Positions 9,821 to 20,360 of a stretch of DNA of 64,000 nucleotides are shown here, piece by piece. Numbering within the stretch: position 1 is the first letter of the stretch; each line of letters starts with the position of its first letter. The stretch spans positions 6,240,001-6,304,000 of the forward strand of contig CAVTTN010000002.1 in the NCBI GenBank assembly GCA_963737655.1, given 5' to 3'. Both the position numbers and the translations under genes were made by a program. The stretch is from an uncultured Planctomycetota bacterium (GTDB taxonomy: Bacteria; Planctomycetota; Planctomycetia; Isosphaerales; Isosphaeraceae). A model generated the notes under the pieces. It was given only the letters and a program-made list of their open reading frames with translations. It made no database searches and was not told where the DNA came from.

Positions 9821-11140
9821 CTACAAGGCCATTTCCACGGCCTTCGGCTCATACCGGGCCTCGGACCCCGGCGCGGGGCCCGGCACGATCGTCAACGGGG
9901 CGTCTCCGGGCGTCCCGGCCGCCTCGGCGAACATCGCCGAGAGCCGATCGGCCGTCTCGTCCAGGCTGAAATGCTCGCGGGCCCAGGCCGATCCCGATCG
10001 GCCCATCGCCGAGGCCCGCTCGGGATCGCTCAACAGCTCGGCCATCGCGTCGGCCAGCCCCCGGACGTCCCCCGGATCGACGAGCCGGCCGTCCTCGCCG
10101 TCCCGGACGAGGTCCGGGATGCCTACCAGCCGGGTCGAGATCACGGGGACGCCGCAGGCCAGGGCCTCGATCAGCACCTGAGGGAGGCCGTCCATGTCCC
10201 CCTCGCGGTCCTTCACGCACGGCAGGGCGAAGGCCGAGGCCGAGCCGAGCAACGCCGGCAAATCCTCCTGCAACACGGCCGAGCCGGTCACCTCGACGAT
10301 CGATCCCAGCCCGTGATCGGCCACGATCGCCCGCAGCTTCGCGAGTTCCGGCCCGCTCCCGGCGATGGTGCAATCGAAGTCGAACCCGCGATCCCGCAAC
10401 AGGGCGGACGCCGCGATCAGGTCGCCGAACCCCTTCTTCTCCACGAGCCGGCCCACCGCCACGACCCGCGGCCGTCCGGGCGTCTCGGACGATCCCTCGC
10501 GGAACCGGTCCATGTCGATCCCGCAATAGACGACCGGCAGCCGCGCCGGGGCGGCCCCCATCGCCAGGTAGAACCGGCGGTGATATTCCGAGATGCACAC
10601 GATGAATCGCGCCCGCCTGACCTTCGCTCTCAGGCCCACGCGATGGACGAACAGGTCATTCGCATGGCCGGTGAAGCTGAACCCCACGCCCAGGAACCCC
10701 GCCGCGTGCATGGCCACCGCCGTGGCCGTGTGGGCCCAGTGGGCATGGATGTGACCGACGTTCCGCGATCGCCAGTGCCTCGCCAGGATGGCCGCCGGGA
10801 CGAGCTGATAGACGATCGTGAGCCTCTGCCGGAGTCCCTCGGCCGGGCCGAAGACGGCCTTCGCCACCGTCGCCCAGAACCGGAACCCGAACAGCAACGG
10901 CGCCAGGACCAGGGCCGCCGCGACCCGGCCGAACGTCATCGGCGAGAGGTCATAAATCGACCGGCGGAGGGTTTCGAGCGACTCGTCCCGGTAGAACGTG
11001 GGTCGGTCGTGGCGATGGACCGACACGACCTCCAAAGGGACCCCACGGCGGAGGAGCCCGGCGGCCTCGTTGCAGATCGTGGCGTTGTTCAGAACGTCCA
11101 CGCCGACATATCCGACCCTCGGCCGATCGACGCCCGTCAT
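9821..11140 (-). CDS. Glycosyltransferase family 4 (WcaL-like)
   Basis: HIHAHWA, FSFTGHAND, VGRLVEKKG, DMDGLPQVLIEALACGVPVIST. Confidence 0.92.
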   Translation of the reverse strand: MTGVDRPRVGYVGVDVLNNATICNEAAGLLRRGVPLEVVSVHRHDRPTFYRDESLETLRRSIYDLSPMTFGRVAAALVLAPLLFGFRFWATVAKAVFGPAEGLRQRLTIVYQLVPAAILARHWRSRNVGHIHAHWAHTATAVAMHAAGFLGVGFSFTGHANDLFVHRVGLRAKVRRARFIVCISEYHRRFYLAMGAAPARLPVVYCGIDMDRFREGSSETPGRPRVVAVGRLVEKKGFGDLIAASALLRDRGFDFDCTIAGSGPELAKLRAIVADHGLGSIVEVTGSAVLQEDLPALLGSASAFALPCVKDREGDMDGLPQVLIEALACGVPVISTRLVGIPDLVRDGEDGRLVDPGDVRGLADAMAELLSDPERASAMGRSGSAWAREHFSLDETADRLSAMFAEAAGTPGDAPLTIVPGPAPGSEARYEPKAVEMAL

Positions 11141-11474
11141 CCCCGGAACCTCCTCCGAATCGGACCGGCGGAGCCCCTCTCCCCGGTCTGGCCGTCATTC
11201 GATCTTTAGCTCAAGCCGGGCGGTCGGGCCCGGAAATCGGGGGAAACGAGGCCGGAACGCGGGTCGGACGTCCCCAGGCCCGATCGTCCGTCGTCCTGTT
11301 CGTCCTATACGTCCTGTTTCTTAGACTCTTACGTTTCCTTACGCGGTTTCCGTTTGGTCCCGGGCTTCGGGGCGTTTCCTGGGGCCACTCGCCGGTTGCG
11401 GAGCCGGGTTCCGTCGGATGTAATCCAAGCAGACGGAGCGACCCGCCCGAACCCGCCCTCCCGGACCTCCCGCC

Positions 11475-14400
11475 ATGCCAAGCCTCCGCCTCGCCTCGAT
11501 TGTTCCGGTCCTCGCCCTGCTCGCGCCGATCGTCGCCAGGGGCCAGGCCGAGCCCCGTCTGGAACTCCGCAAGGGGGACCACGTCTCGGTGATCGGCAAC
11601 ACCCTGGCCGACCGGATGCAGCATGATGGCTGGCTCGAAGCGTTCCTCTTCAGCCGGTTCCCGGGCCATGACCTGGTCGTCCGCAACCTCGGGTTCTCGG
11701 GCGACGAGATCGAGCTTTCGCGACGGATTCGCTCGGCCGACTTCGGATCGCCCGACAGCTGGCTCTCCCGGACGAAGACCGACGTGGTCCTCGCCTTCTT
11801 CGGCTACAACGAGTCGTTCGCCGGCGCCGAGGGGCTGCCGAAGTTCAAGGACGACCTGACCAGGTTCCTCAAGCACACCCTCTCGCAGAAATACAACGGC
11901 AAGGACGCGCCCCGGGTCGTCCTCTTCTCGCCCCTGGCCCACGAGAACCTCCGCGACCGCAACCTGCCCGACGGCTCCGAGAACAACAAGAGGCTCGCCC
12001 TCTACGCCGAGGCCATGAAGGACGTGGCCCGCGCCGAGGGCGTCACGTTCGTCGACCTGTTCACCCCTTCGAAGCGATTGTATGAAGGCGCGCCCTACCC
12101 GCTGACGATCAACGGCGTCCACCCCACCGAGGACGGCGGATACACCTTCGCGAAGCTGATCGACGAATCGCTGTTCGGCGAAAAAGACGCCCCGCAACGC
12201 TCGATCGCCGGGCTCGAAAAGATCCGCAAGGCGGTCCTGGACCGGAATTTCACCTGGTTCAACCGCTATCGGACCGTCGATGGCTACTCGATCTACGGAG
12301 GCCGGGCCGACCTCCGATTCGTGGGCGGCCAGACCAACCGCGTGGTCATGGATCGCGAGATGGAAGTGCTCGACGTGATGACCGCCAACCGCGACAAGAA
12401 GGTCTGGGCGGTCGCCAAGGGGGAGGAATTCGCCGTGGACGACGGCAACACCCCGCCGTTCATCCCCGTGACCACGAACAAGCCCGGCCAGGGCCCCAAC
12501 GGCGAGCACGTCTACCTCGACGGCGAGGCCGCCATCGCCAAGATGACCGTCGGCAAGGGCCTGAAGGTCCAGCTTTTCGCCTCGGAGAAGGAGTTCCCGG
12601 ACCTGATCAACCCGGTGCAGATGGCCTTCGACACGAAGGGCCGGCTCTGGGTCGCCACCTGGCCGACGTACCCCCACTGGAAGCCCAAGGACCCCATGAA
12701 TGACAAGCTGATCATTTATGAGGACACCGACGGCGACGGCAAGGCCGACAAGCAGACCATCTTCGCCGACGGCCTCCACTGCCCGACCGGCTTCGAGTTC
12801 GCCGAGGGGGGCGTCCTCGTGGCGCAGGCCCCCGACCTCGTGTTCCTGAAGGACAACGACGGCGACGACAAGGCCGACGTCCGCAAACGGGTGCTCTCGG
12901 GCCTCGACTCGGCCGACACCCACCACACCGCCAACAGCTTCACGCTCGACCCCGGAGGCGCCCTCTACTTCCAGGAAGGGACGTTCCATCACACCCAGGT
13001 GGAGACGCCCTATGCCCCGACGTTGAGGAACGCCAACGCCGGGATTTACCGCTACGAGCCGAAGACGCAGAAGTTCGACGCCTACGTGACCTACGGATTC
13101 GCCAACCCCCACGGCCACGCCTTCGACCGCTGGGGCCAGGACATCGTGGTGGATGGCACCGGCGCCAATCCCTATCACGGGGCCCTGTTCTCCGGCCATC
13201 TCGACTACCCGAACAAGCACGCCGGCCCGCCTCAGGTCTACCGCCAGAGGACGCGGCCGTGCCCGGGCGTGGAGTTCCTCACCAGCCGCCATTTCCCCGA
13301 CGATTTCCAGGGGAATTTGCTCGTCCCCAACGTGATCGGCTTCCAGGGAATCCTCCGCTACAAGATCGACGACGACGGCGCGAGCCTGGCCGGGACCGAG
13401 CTGGAGCCGATCCTCTCCTCGACCGACGAGAACTTCCGCCCGGCCGACATCGAGACCGGCCCCGACGGCGCCATCTACTTCACCGACTGGCAAAACCCGG
13501 TGATCGGCCACATGCAGCACAACCTCCGCGACCCCAGCCGCGACCGGATCCACGGCCGGATCTACAAGGTCACGCATGAGGGCCGCCCCTTGCTGAAGCC
13601 GGCGAAGGTCGCCGGGGAGCCGATCGAAAAACTGCTCGATCTGCTCAAGGAGCCCGAGGACCGCACCCGATCCCGCGCCAAGATCGAGCTCGGCGCCCGG
13701 GCCACCGACCAGGTGCTCGCCGCCCTGGCGAAGTGGCGGGATGGCCTCGACAAGAACGACCCCGAATATGAACATCACATGGCCGAGGCCCTGTGGGTCC
13801 AGCAGTATCACAACGCCGTGGACGACGCCCTGCTCAAGAGGATGCTGAACTCGCCCAACGCGAAGGCCCGGGCCGCCGCGGTCCGCGTCCTCTGCTACTC
13901 GCGAGACAAGGTCCCCGGCGCCCTGGAGCTGCTCAAGGAGAAGGCCGCCGACCCGGACGCCCGGGTCCGGATGGAGAGCGTCCGCGCGGCCAGCTTCTTC
14001 GCCTTGCCCGAGGCCGTGGAGGTGCCCTTGATCTCGGCCGAGCACCCGACCGACCCGTATCTCGACTACGTCCGCAACGAGACGATGAAGGCCGTCGAGC
14101 CCCACTGGAAGAAGGCCGTGGCCGAGGGGAAGCCGATCCGCTTCACCAGCGACGCCGGGGCCCGGTTCTTCCTCAAGAGCGTCTCGAATGAGGAGTTGTT
14201 GAAGATGCCGAGGAGCCGCCCGGTCTTCCTCGAGATGCTGTTCCGCCCGGGCCTCCGCGACGAGGCCCGGCAGGAGGCGCTCTCGGGCCTGGCCATGCTC
14301 CGGAGCAAGCCGGAATTGCCCGTCCTGATCGACGCGATCCGCTCCCGGGACGAGGCCGAGGACGACCGCGACGAGTCCGTCACGTTCGACCTCGCCCGCC

Positions 14401-16427
14401 TCCTCACCGGTCGCCCGTCGAAGGAGCTGGCCGAGGCCCGCGACGGCATCGAGAAGCTGGCGACCGCCTCGAAGAAGCCGGTGACGAGGCAGCTCGGCTT
14501 CGTCGCCCTGATCGCGGCGGACGGCGGGGTGGATCGGGCCTGGTCGCTCGGCGAGAAGTCGGTCAAGGCGCTGGCGGACCTCCTCGCGGCCATGCCGTTG
14601 ATCCGGGATCCGAACATGCGAGAGGCCCTCTACCCGAAGGTCGTCCCCCTGCTGAAGGGCCTGCCCGAATCGCTCGGCGGGACGAAGGCGGCCGGGACGT
14701 ATGGCCGGTTCGTCCGGATCGAATTGACCGGCAATCGCACGCTGACCCTGGCCGAGGTCGAGGTCCTCAGCGACGGCCGGAACGTCGCGAGGCAGGGCAA
14801 GGCGACCCAGAAAAACACGGCCTACGGCGGGGACGCCAGGCGGGCCATCGACGGCAACAAGGATCCCTCGTATGGGGGCGGAGGCCAGACCCACACCGAG
14901 GAAAACACCCGCAATCCCTGGTGGGAGGTGGACCTCGGCTCGGAAGTCCCGATCGAGTCGATCGCGGTCTATAACCGCGCCGACGGCCTGGGCGACCGGC
15001 TCCGCAACTACACCTTGAAGGTGCTCGACAACGACCGCAACGCCGTGTTCACCAGGGCGAGGATGCCGGCCCCGTCCCCTCGGGCGACGATCGAGATCGA
15101 CGGCGGGGGCTCCGAGTCGATCGTCCGCCGGGCGGCCATGAACGCGCTGACGTATGTTCGCGGCCAGGAAACGCCCGCCTTCGTCGCCCTCGTCCCCCTG
15201 GCCCGAGAGGGGAAGGACCGGGCCGCCGCGATCCGCGCCATCGGCCGAATCCCGATCGCGTCCTGGCCGAAGGAGGAGGCGGCGCCCCTCCTCGAATCGC
15301 TGATGGGCTACGTCCGGTCGATCCCGACGGCCGACCGCACCTCTCCCGCCGCGATGGACGCGCTCCAGCTCGCCGACTCCCTCGCGGCGCTCCTGCCCCT
15401 CGACGCGGCGAAGAAGGCGAGGAAGGAGCTCGGCGACCTCGGCGTCAGGCAAATCCGGCTGGGCACCCTGCCCGAGCGGATGCTGTTCGACAAGGACCGC
15501 CTGGCCGTCCGCGCGGGCAAGCCCGTCCAGCTCGTGTTCGAAAACAACGACATGATGCCGCATAACTTCGTGGTGACGAAGCCCGGGGCGCTCGAGAAGG
15601 TCGGGATGCTGGGCGAGACCACCGCCACGAGCCCCGGGGCGGCGGCGAAAGGCTACGTGCCGGACTCGCCGGACATCCTCGTCAAGAGCGCCCTGCTCCA
15701 GCCCCGAGACGCGCAGGCCCTCAACTTCACCGCGCCCGAGAAGCCGGGGGTCTATCCGTATGTCTGCACCTACCCCGGCCACTGGCGGAGGATGTACGGC
15801 TCGCTCTACGTGGTCGAGGACCTCGACGAGTACCTCGCCGACCCCGAGGGCTACCTCGCCGGCCACCCGCTGCCGATCGCCGATTCGCTCCTGGAGCTGA
15901 ACCGGCCGAGGAAGGAATGGACGTTCGCCGAGCTCGCCCCCCAGGTCGAGGCGATGGCCCCCGGCCGGTCGTTCGCCAACGGCAAGCTCCTGTTCCGCGC
16001 GGCGAGCTGCGTGGCCTGCCACAAGGTCAACGGCGAAGGCAAGGAGTTCGGGCCCGACCTGGCGAAGCTCGACGCCAAGGTCTCGCCGGTCGAGATCCTC
16101 AAGTCGGTCCTCGAGCCGTCGGACAAGATCGAGGAGAAGTTCGCGGCGACGACGATCGCCACCGACTCGGGCAAGGTCATCACCGGGCTGGTGGTCGAGG
16201 AAACCAACGACGTGGTGAAGGTCGTCGAGAACCCGCTCGTGAGCGCCGAGGCGACGGTCCTCAAGAAATCGGAGATCGCCGAGAGGAAGAAGTCGGCGGT
16301 CTCGCCGATGCCCAAGGGGCTGCTCGACCGCCTGACCCGCGAGGAAGTGCTCGACCTGATCGCGTACGTCGCGGCCCGGGGGGAGGAGGGGAGCAAGGTT
16401 TATTCGGGAGGGCATCTCCACCATTGA
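11475..16427 (+). CDS. Exported PVC-type heme-binding multidomain protein: SGNH-like, beta-propeller dehydrogenase-like, HEAT, F-type lectin, cupredoxin and cytochrome c domains
   Basis: Signal peptide; IGNT..RNLGFSGD..FFGYNES..NGVH; FASE..NPVQMAFD..GRLWV and EDTDGDGKAD; HEAT repeats; AIDGN..THT..WWEVDLG; HN...CTYPGHWRRM; CVACH...SPMP. Confidence 0.9.
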   Translation: MPSLRLASIVPVLALLAPIVARGQAEPRLELRKGDHVSVIGNTLADRMQHDGWLEAFLFSRFPGHDLVVRNLGFSGDEIELSRRIRSADFGSPDSWLSRTKTDVVLAFFGYNESFAGAEGLPKFKDDLTRFLKHTLSQKYNGKDAPRVVLFSPLAHENLRDRNLPDGSENNKRLALYAEAMKDVARAEGVTFVDLFTPSKRLYEGAPYPLTINGVHPTEDGGYTFAKLIDESLFGEKDAPQRSIAGLEKIRKAVLDRNFTWFNRYRTVDGYSIYGGRADLRFVGGQTNRVVMDREMEVLDVMTANRDKKVWAVAKGEEFAVDDGNTPPFIPVTTNKPGQGPNGEHVYLDGEAAIAKMTVGKGLKVQLFASEKEFPDLINPVQMAFDTKGRLWVATWPTYPHWKPKDPMNDKLIIYEDTDGDGKADKQTIFADGLHCPTGFEFAEGGVLVAQAPDLVFLKDNDGDDKADVRKRVLSGLDSADTHHTANSFTLDPGGALYFQEGTFHHTQVETPYAPTLRNANAGIYRYEPKTQKFDAYVTYGFANPHGHAFDRWGQDIVVDGTGANPYHGALFSGHLDYPNKHAGPPQVYRQRTRPCPGVEFLTSRHFPDDFQGNLLVPNVIGFQGILRYKIDDDGASLAGTELEPILSSTDENFRPADIETGPDGAIYFTDWQNPVIGHMQHNLRDPSRDRIHGRIYKVTHEGRPLLKPAKVAGEPIEKLLDLLKEPEDRTRSRAKIELGARATDQVLAALAKWRDGLDKNDPEYEHHMAEALWVQQYHNAVDDALLKRMLNSPNAKARAAAVRVLCYSRDKVPGALELLKEKAADPDARVRMESVRAASFFALPEAVEVPLISAEHPTDPYLDYVRNETMKAVEPHWKKAVAEGKPIRFTSDAGARFFLKSVSNEELLKMPRSRPVFLEMLFRPGLRDEARQEALSGLAMLRSKPELPVLIDAIRSRDEAEDDRDESVTFDLARLLTGRPSKELAEARDGIEKLATASKKPVTRQLGFVALIAADGGVDRAWSLGEKSVKALADLLAAMPLIRDPNMREALYPKVVPLLKGLPESLGGTKAAGTYGRFVRIELTGNRTLTLAEVEVLSDGRNVARQGKATQKNTAYGGDARRAIDGNKDPSYGGGGQTHTEENTRNPWWEVDLGSEVPIESIAVYNRADGLGDRLRNYTLKVLDNDRNAVFTRARMPAPSPRATIEIDGGGSESIVRRAAMNALTYVRGQETPAFVALVPLAREGKDRAAAIRAIGRIPIASWPKEEAAPLLESLMGYVRSIPTADRTSPAAMDALQLADSLAALLPLDAAKKARKELGDLGVRQIRLGTLPERMLFDKDRLAVRAGKPVQLVFENNDMMPHNFVVTKPGALEKVGMLGETTATSPGAAAKGYVPDSPDILVKSALLQPRDAQALNFTAPEKPGVYPYVCTYPGHWRRMYGSLYVVEDLDEYLADPEGYLAGHPLPIADSLLELNRPRKEWTFAELAPQVEAMAPGRSFANGKLLFRAASCVACHKVNGEGKEFGPDLAKLDAKVSPVEILKSVLEPSDKIEEKFAATTIATDSGKVITGLVVEETNDVVKVVENPLVSAEATVLKKSEIAERKKSAVSPMPKGLLDRLTREEVLDLIAYVAARGEEGSKVYSGGHLHH

Positions 16428-16479
16428 GCGAGGATTCGCCGCGTCCCCGACGGATCGGTGCTTCCCTTCCCCCTGGGCG

Positions 16480-16523
16480 GGGCTGACCCTCTCCCCGGCC
16501 CTCGGGGGAGAGGGCGTCAGCCC
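16480..16523. repeat. CCCTCTCCC...GGGAGAGGG hairpin (REP-like, possible terminator)
   Basis: GGGCTGACCCTCTCCCC-ggccctc-GGGGGAGAGGGCGTCAGCCC, downstream of the large gene. Confidence 0.6.
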
Positions 16524-16645
16524 CTCCCGCTTGAACAATCGATCGACGCCGGGCCCGGGAACGGGGCGCTCGAGCCCGGCCCGAACCCGGCTACGATGGC
16601 GGACGAGTCCGCCCGAGCCATCCTCCGCCCGAAGGGCCCCATCCG

Positions 16646-17674
16646 ATGATTGCCCCGAAGATCCTCCCTCGATTGGCCCTGGTCCTCGCCTCGGCCGCCC
16701 TGGTCGCGGGCTCGACGTGCCGAGCCGATGACTCCTGGATCGTCCTGGAAGGCGGCGACGGCCCCGGCCACGGCAAGCACGTCGTCCTGGTCAGCGGAGA
16801 CGAGGAATACCGCTCCGAGGAGGCCCTCCCTCAGCTCGCCAAGATCCTGGCGAAGCGTCACGGCTTCAAGTGCACGGTCCTGTTCGCCATCGGCGAGGAC
16901 GGCTCGATCGACCCCGACCGCAACGACAACATCCCCGGCCTCGAAGCCCTCGAATCGGCCGATCTGATGATCCTCGCCACGAGGTTCCGCAACCTCAAGG
17001 ATGAGCAGATGGCCAGGATCCTCGCGTTCGCCGAGGCCGGCAAGCCCATCATCGGGATGAGGACCGCCACCCACGCCTTCAACATCCCGGGCGGGCGGAA
17101 ATTCGCGAAATACTCGTGGAATAGCCGGGACCCGCAAGGCGGATTCGGCCGGGTCGTCCTGGGCGAGACCTGGATCAGCCATCACGGCAACCACGGGAGC
17201 CAGTCCACCCGCGGCATCCTCGCCAAGGACGAGAAGGACCACCCGATCCTCCGCGGCCTGAAGGACGGCGACATCTGGGGCCCGACCGACGTCTACGGGG
17301 TCCGCCTCCCCCTGCCCGGCGACAGCAAGCCCCTGGTTTACGGCGAAGTCGTCGAGGGGATGAAGTCCGACGATCCCCCGGCGAAGGGCCCGAAGAATGA
17401 CCCGATGATGCCCGTGGCCTGGATCAAGAGCTACCAGCTTTCGCCCGAAGCGAAGGCCGGCAAGGCGTTCACGACCACGATGGGCGCCGCCACCGACCTG
17501 GAAAACGCCGGCCTCCGCCGCTTGCTGGTCAACGCGACCTACTGGGCCGTGGGCCTGGAGGACCAGATCAAGCCCGATGCGAACGTGGACCTCGTCGGCG
17601 AGTACAAGCCCCGCAAGTTCGGCTTCAAGGGGGCCGCGAAGGGAGTCCGCCCCGAGGCGATGGCCAAGCCCTGA
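16646..17674 (+). CDS. Exported ThuA-like domain protein
   Basis: Signal peptide; GKHVVLVSGDEEYRSEE, GMRTATHAF, MPVAW, AFTTTMGAATD. Confidence 0.8.
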   Translation: MIAPKILPRLALVLASAALVAGSTCRADDSWIVLEGGDGPGHGKHVVLVSGDEEYRSEEALPQLAKILAKRHGFKCTVLFAIGEDGSIDPDRNDNIPGLEALESADLMILATRFRNLKDEQMARILAFAEAGKPIIGMRTATHAFNIPGGRKFAKYSWNSRDPQGGFGRVVLGETWISHHGNHGSQSTRGILAKDEKDHPILRGLKDGDIWGPTDVYGVRLPLPGDSKPLVYGEVVEGMKSDDPPAKGPKNDPMMPVAWIKSYQLSPEAKAGKAFTTTMGAATDLENAGLRRLLVNATYWAVGLEDQIKPDANVDLVGEYKPRKFGFKGAAKGVRPEAMAKP

Positions 17675-17681
17675 CAACCCT

Positions 17682-17783
17682 GGATTCACCACGGAGCCAC
17701 CAAGGGCACGGAGGAAGACACGAAGAAGACCCTCGATTCCTTGGTGTCTTCCTCCGTGCCCTTGGTGGCTCCGTGGTGAATCC
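17682..17783. repeat. Palindromic MITE/REP-like element with a perfect 40-bp stem
   Basis: GGATTCACCACGGAGCCACCAAGGGCACGGAGGAAGACAC and its exact reverse complement. Confidence 0.9.
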
Positions 17784-17908
17784 CAGGCCCGATCGGCGAG
17801 TCCGAAGGGCCTTGCGACATTTGTCGGGGGAGCGCATGATGGGAGGCGAGGGCCGGAGCGCCCTCGTCCCATCTCCGGGCTTCCTGCCCACCGTCGAGAG
17901 GCCGACTC

Positions 17909-19701
17909 ATGAGCGCCCCCGTCGCCCCTGCGCCCAAGAGGACCGTTCCCGAGTCCCCGTCCCGATCGCTCGGCCGCCGCCTTTTGAAACGGATCGGCAC
18001 GAGCAACCCGTTCTATGTGATCAGCGCGGCCCTGGTGCTCCTGGGGCTGAGGACCTCGTTCGACCCCGACTCCCGGGCGTTCCCGACCTGGGCCTTGCTC
18101 CTGGGCCTGGGCGGCTACACGCTCTTGATGGTCGGCACGGCGATTGGTTTGGTGCGTCGTCTGAGGGTGTGGGACGACGTTCGGACCTTGCTGTTGCTGG
18201 TCGTGACGGTCCTCCTGGCGATCCCGGCGTTCTTCGACGACATCCTGGCCCGGGACGCCCGGCTCGGCTCGTTCTGCGAGGCCGGCGGGCTGATCTTCGC
18301 GGTCGCTGTTAGCGAATTGCTCCTCCGGGGGCTCCGGCTCCGCCTGCCGATCGGGTTCCGGGGGCCGTATCACCTGGCGTTGGGGCTGTTCTACCTGTAC
18401 CCGGTCGCGCTCGCCCCGTGGATGAGATCGCCCGACAGCTCCGCGCTGGCCTGGGGCCTCCTCGGATTCCCGGCGGCGGCGGGGCTGGTGGCCCTGACCC
18501 TGTTGCCGGCGATCCGCCGAGGGGCCGGCTATCCCGGGAAGGACGCCAGCCCCTGGCGATGGCCGCTCTATCCGTGGTCGGCGTTCGTCTTCCTCGGGCT
18601 GGGCGTGGGGCCCGGGCCTTCTGCCTCTGCCTGGCGGCGAATTATTCGGGCGGCTCGGATCGCTATATGGCGATCGATAGCACGATCTTCGCGCCGTACT
18701 TCCTCGTCCCGTTCGGGTTCGCGGTGGTCGTCCTCCTCCTGGAAATGGGGCTGGTTTCCGGGAGCCGAAGGCTGGTGACGCTGGCGATGGTCGGGCCTCT
18801 GGTGCTCTCGGTGGCGGCGGGTCTCGGCGGGCATTCCGACCCGTCGTCTCGGCGGTTCCTCGGGATGATCCTGGAGACGACCGGCGCCTCTCCGCCGTTC
18901 TGGGGCCTGGCGATGGCGGCCGGGTTCTACCTGGTGGCGCTGTTTCGGAAGATTCCCGGGGCATCGGCCGGGCTCTCGGCCAGCTTGCTCGGCTTCGCGA
19001 TCGTCGCGCCGGGGACGATCGGCGCCTCCTCGCTCGTCTCGCCTCGCGCCCTGCCGCTGCTGATCCTGACCGCGTTCCAGGGCGTCCTGGCGGTCCGAAG
19101 GAATCAACCGTGGAGGGCGGTCCCGGCGACGATCTGCCTCGCCTGGGCGACCTATTCGGGCCTGAACGTCCCGGGATGGTCGGCCTATCGGGGGATCGCG
19201 GCGGGGCACGTCGCGCTCGGGTCGGCCATGCTCCTCGGGGCGATCGTCTCGGGCGGCCTGGGGCGTTCCCTCCGCGTGATTGCGGCGGTCCTGCTCGGGC
19301 ACTTCGCGATCGGGTCGGTGGTCGACGGGTTTGACCTTCCTCCCGGGCGAATCCCGGCCGAGATGGTGAGGTTCTACCCCCTGGCCGTCGCGATCGTGGC
19401 GGCGGGTTACGGCCGGCTGATCGGCGGGAGGCCCGCCTACGTCGCCTCGGCGGTGAGCCTCGGGGCGTGGGGAGTGGTCTTCGGCGGCCAGGGATACGCG
19501 ACGTTGAGGCGATCGGTCGTCGGCCTCGATCACATCGCCTGGGGCCTCGCCTCGTTCCTCCTGGCGGCGACGATCACCCTGGCCAAGGCCGGGGCCCTGC
19601 CCGGTCCTCTCGGGCGATGGTTGAAGGGTCGGCGATCGGGCGGGGCGAACGGCGGCGTCCACGGGATCGGCGCGGACGAGCTGGCCGGGTTTGGGCCCTG
19701 A
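17909..19701 (+). CDS. Polytopic membrane protein of unknown function, 1-nt frameshift near 18609
   Basis: Hydrophobic frames 17909.. and ..19701 join if the G4 run is G5 (LGVGARAFCL); many TM helices. Confidence 0.7.
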
Positions 19702-19746
19702 TCCGGTCGGCCCTCGCCTTCGCCCCGGCGCCCACCTCTCGGGGAC

Positions 19747-20319
19747 TCAGGGGGCCCGATAGGCCCGGTGGCACGAGGCGCATCGGGCGGTCATGGCGAA
19801 GAATGCCCGCCTCGCCTCCTGGTAATCGCCCGACGGGTCGGCCACACCGTCGCGGAGGGTCTGGGCATCCTGGATCATCCCGTTGAGGAGGGCCGTCCAA
19901 CCCGGCCCCGGCTGGGCACCGACCAACCCCGGGGCCAGGCCCGCCTTCGCCTCGTTCGCCAGGGCGATCAGGGATTCGGCCGGGGCGTCGATCTCGGCCC
20001 GGAGCTGGTCGAAGGTCTGGGCGTTCTTGAGGATTCGCAGGATCTTCCCGTTGTCCCTCTGCATGCCGGCCATGAGGCCCCTCATGTGCTCCTGGGCCTC
20101 TTCCGGAGTGGGGACCGGGGGCGGCACGGCCTCGTGGCGCCTTCCCACGAGGACGACGATCAGGACCGCGATGGCCGCGAAAAGGACCGCCGAAACGACC
20201 GCCAGCCGGCTCACGTGGCCCCGGGATTTCCGGCGATTTTCGCGGGAGATCGCGCGAAGGCGTCCCGAAACGGACGCTTCGGCCTGTTCCCCCGTCGTTC
20301 GTTGCGGAGAATCGTCCAT
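19747..20319 (-). CDS. Membrane-anchored class II cytochrome c (cytochrome c'/c556-like)
   Basis: AAGGAGGG RBS before ATG 20319; TM LAVVSAVLFAAIAVLIVVLVG; helical domain ending in CASCHRAYR. Confidence 0.75.
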   Translation of the reverse strand: MDDSPQRTTGEQAEASVSGRLRAISRENRRKSRGHVSRLAVVSAVLFAAIAVLIVVLVGRRHEAVPPPVPTPEEAQEHMRGLMAGMQRDNGKILRILKNAQTFDQLRAEIDAPAESLIALANEAKAGLAPGLVGAQPGPGWTALLNGMIQDAQTLRDGVADPSGDYQEARRAFFAMTARCASCHRAYRAP

Positions 20320-20360
20320 CGCATGGCCCTCCTTCTCGATTCGGTCGTCGGGAACCCGGC

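Noticed and set aside
11291..11317. Three 9-bp units CGTCCT(GTT/ATA)
   Set aside because: Too short and degenerate to assign; may be a decayed repeat or operator.
11211..16538. 1775-aa minus-strand ORF
   Set aside because: Antisense shadow of the GC3-rich PVC heme protein; no motifs.
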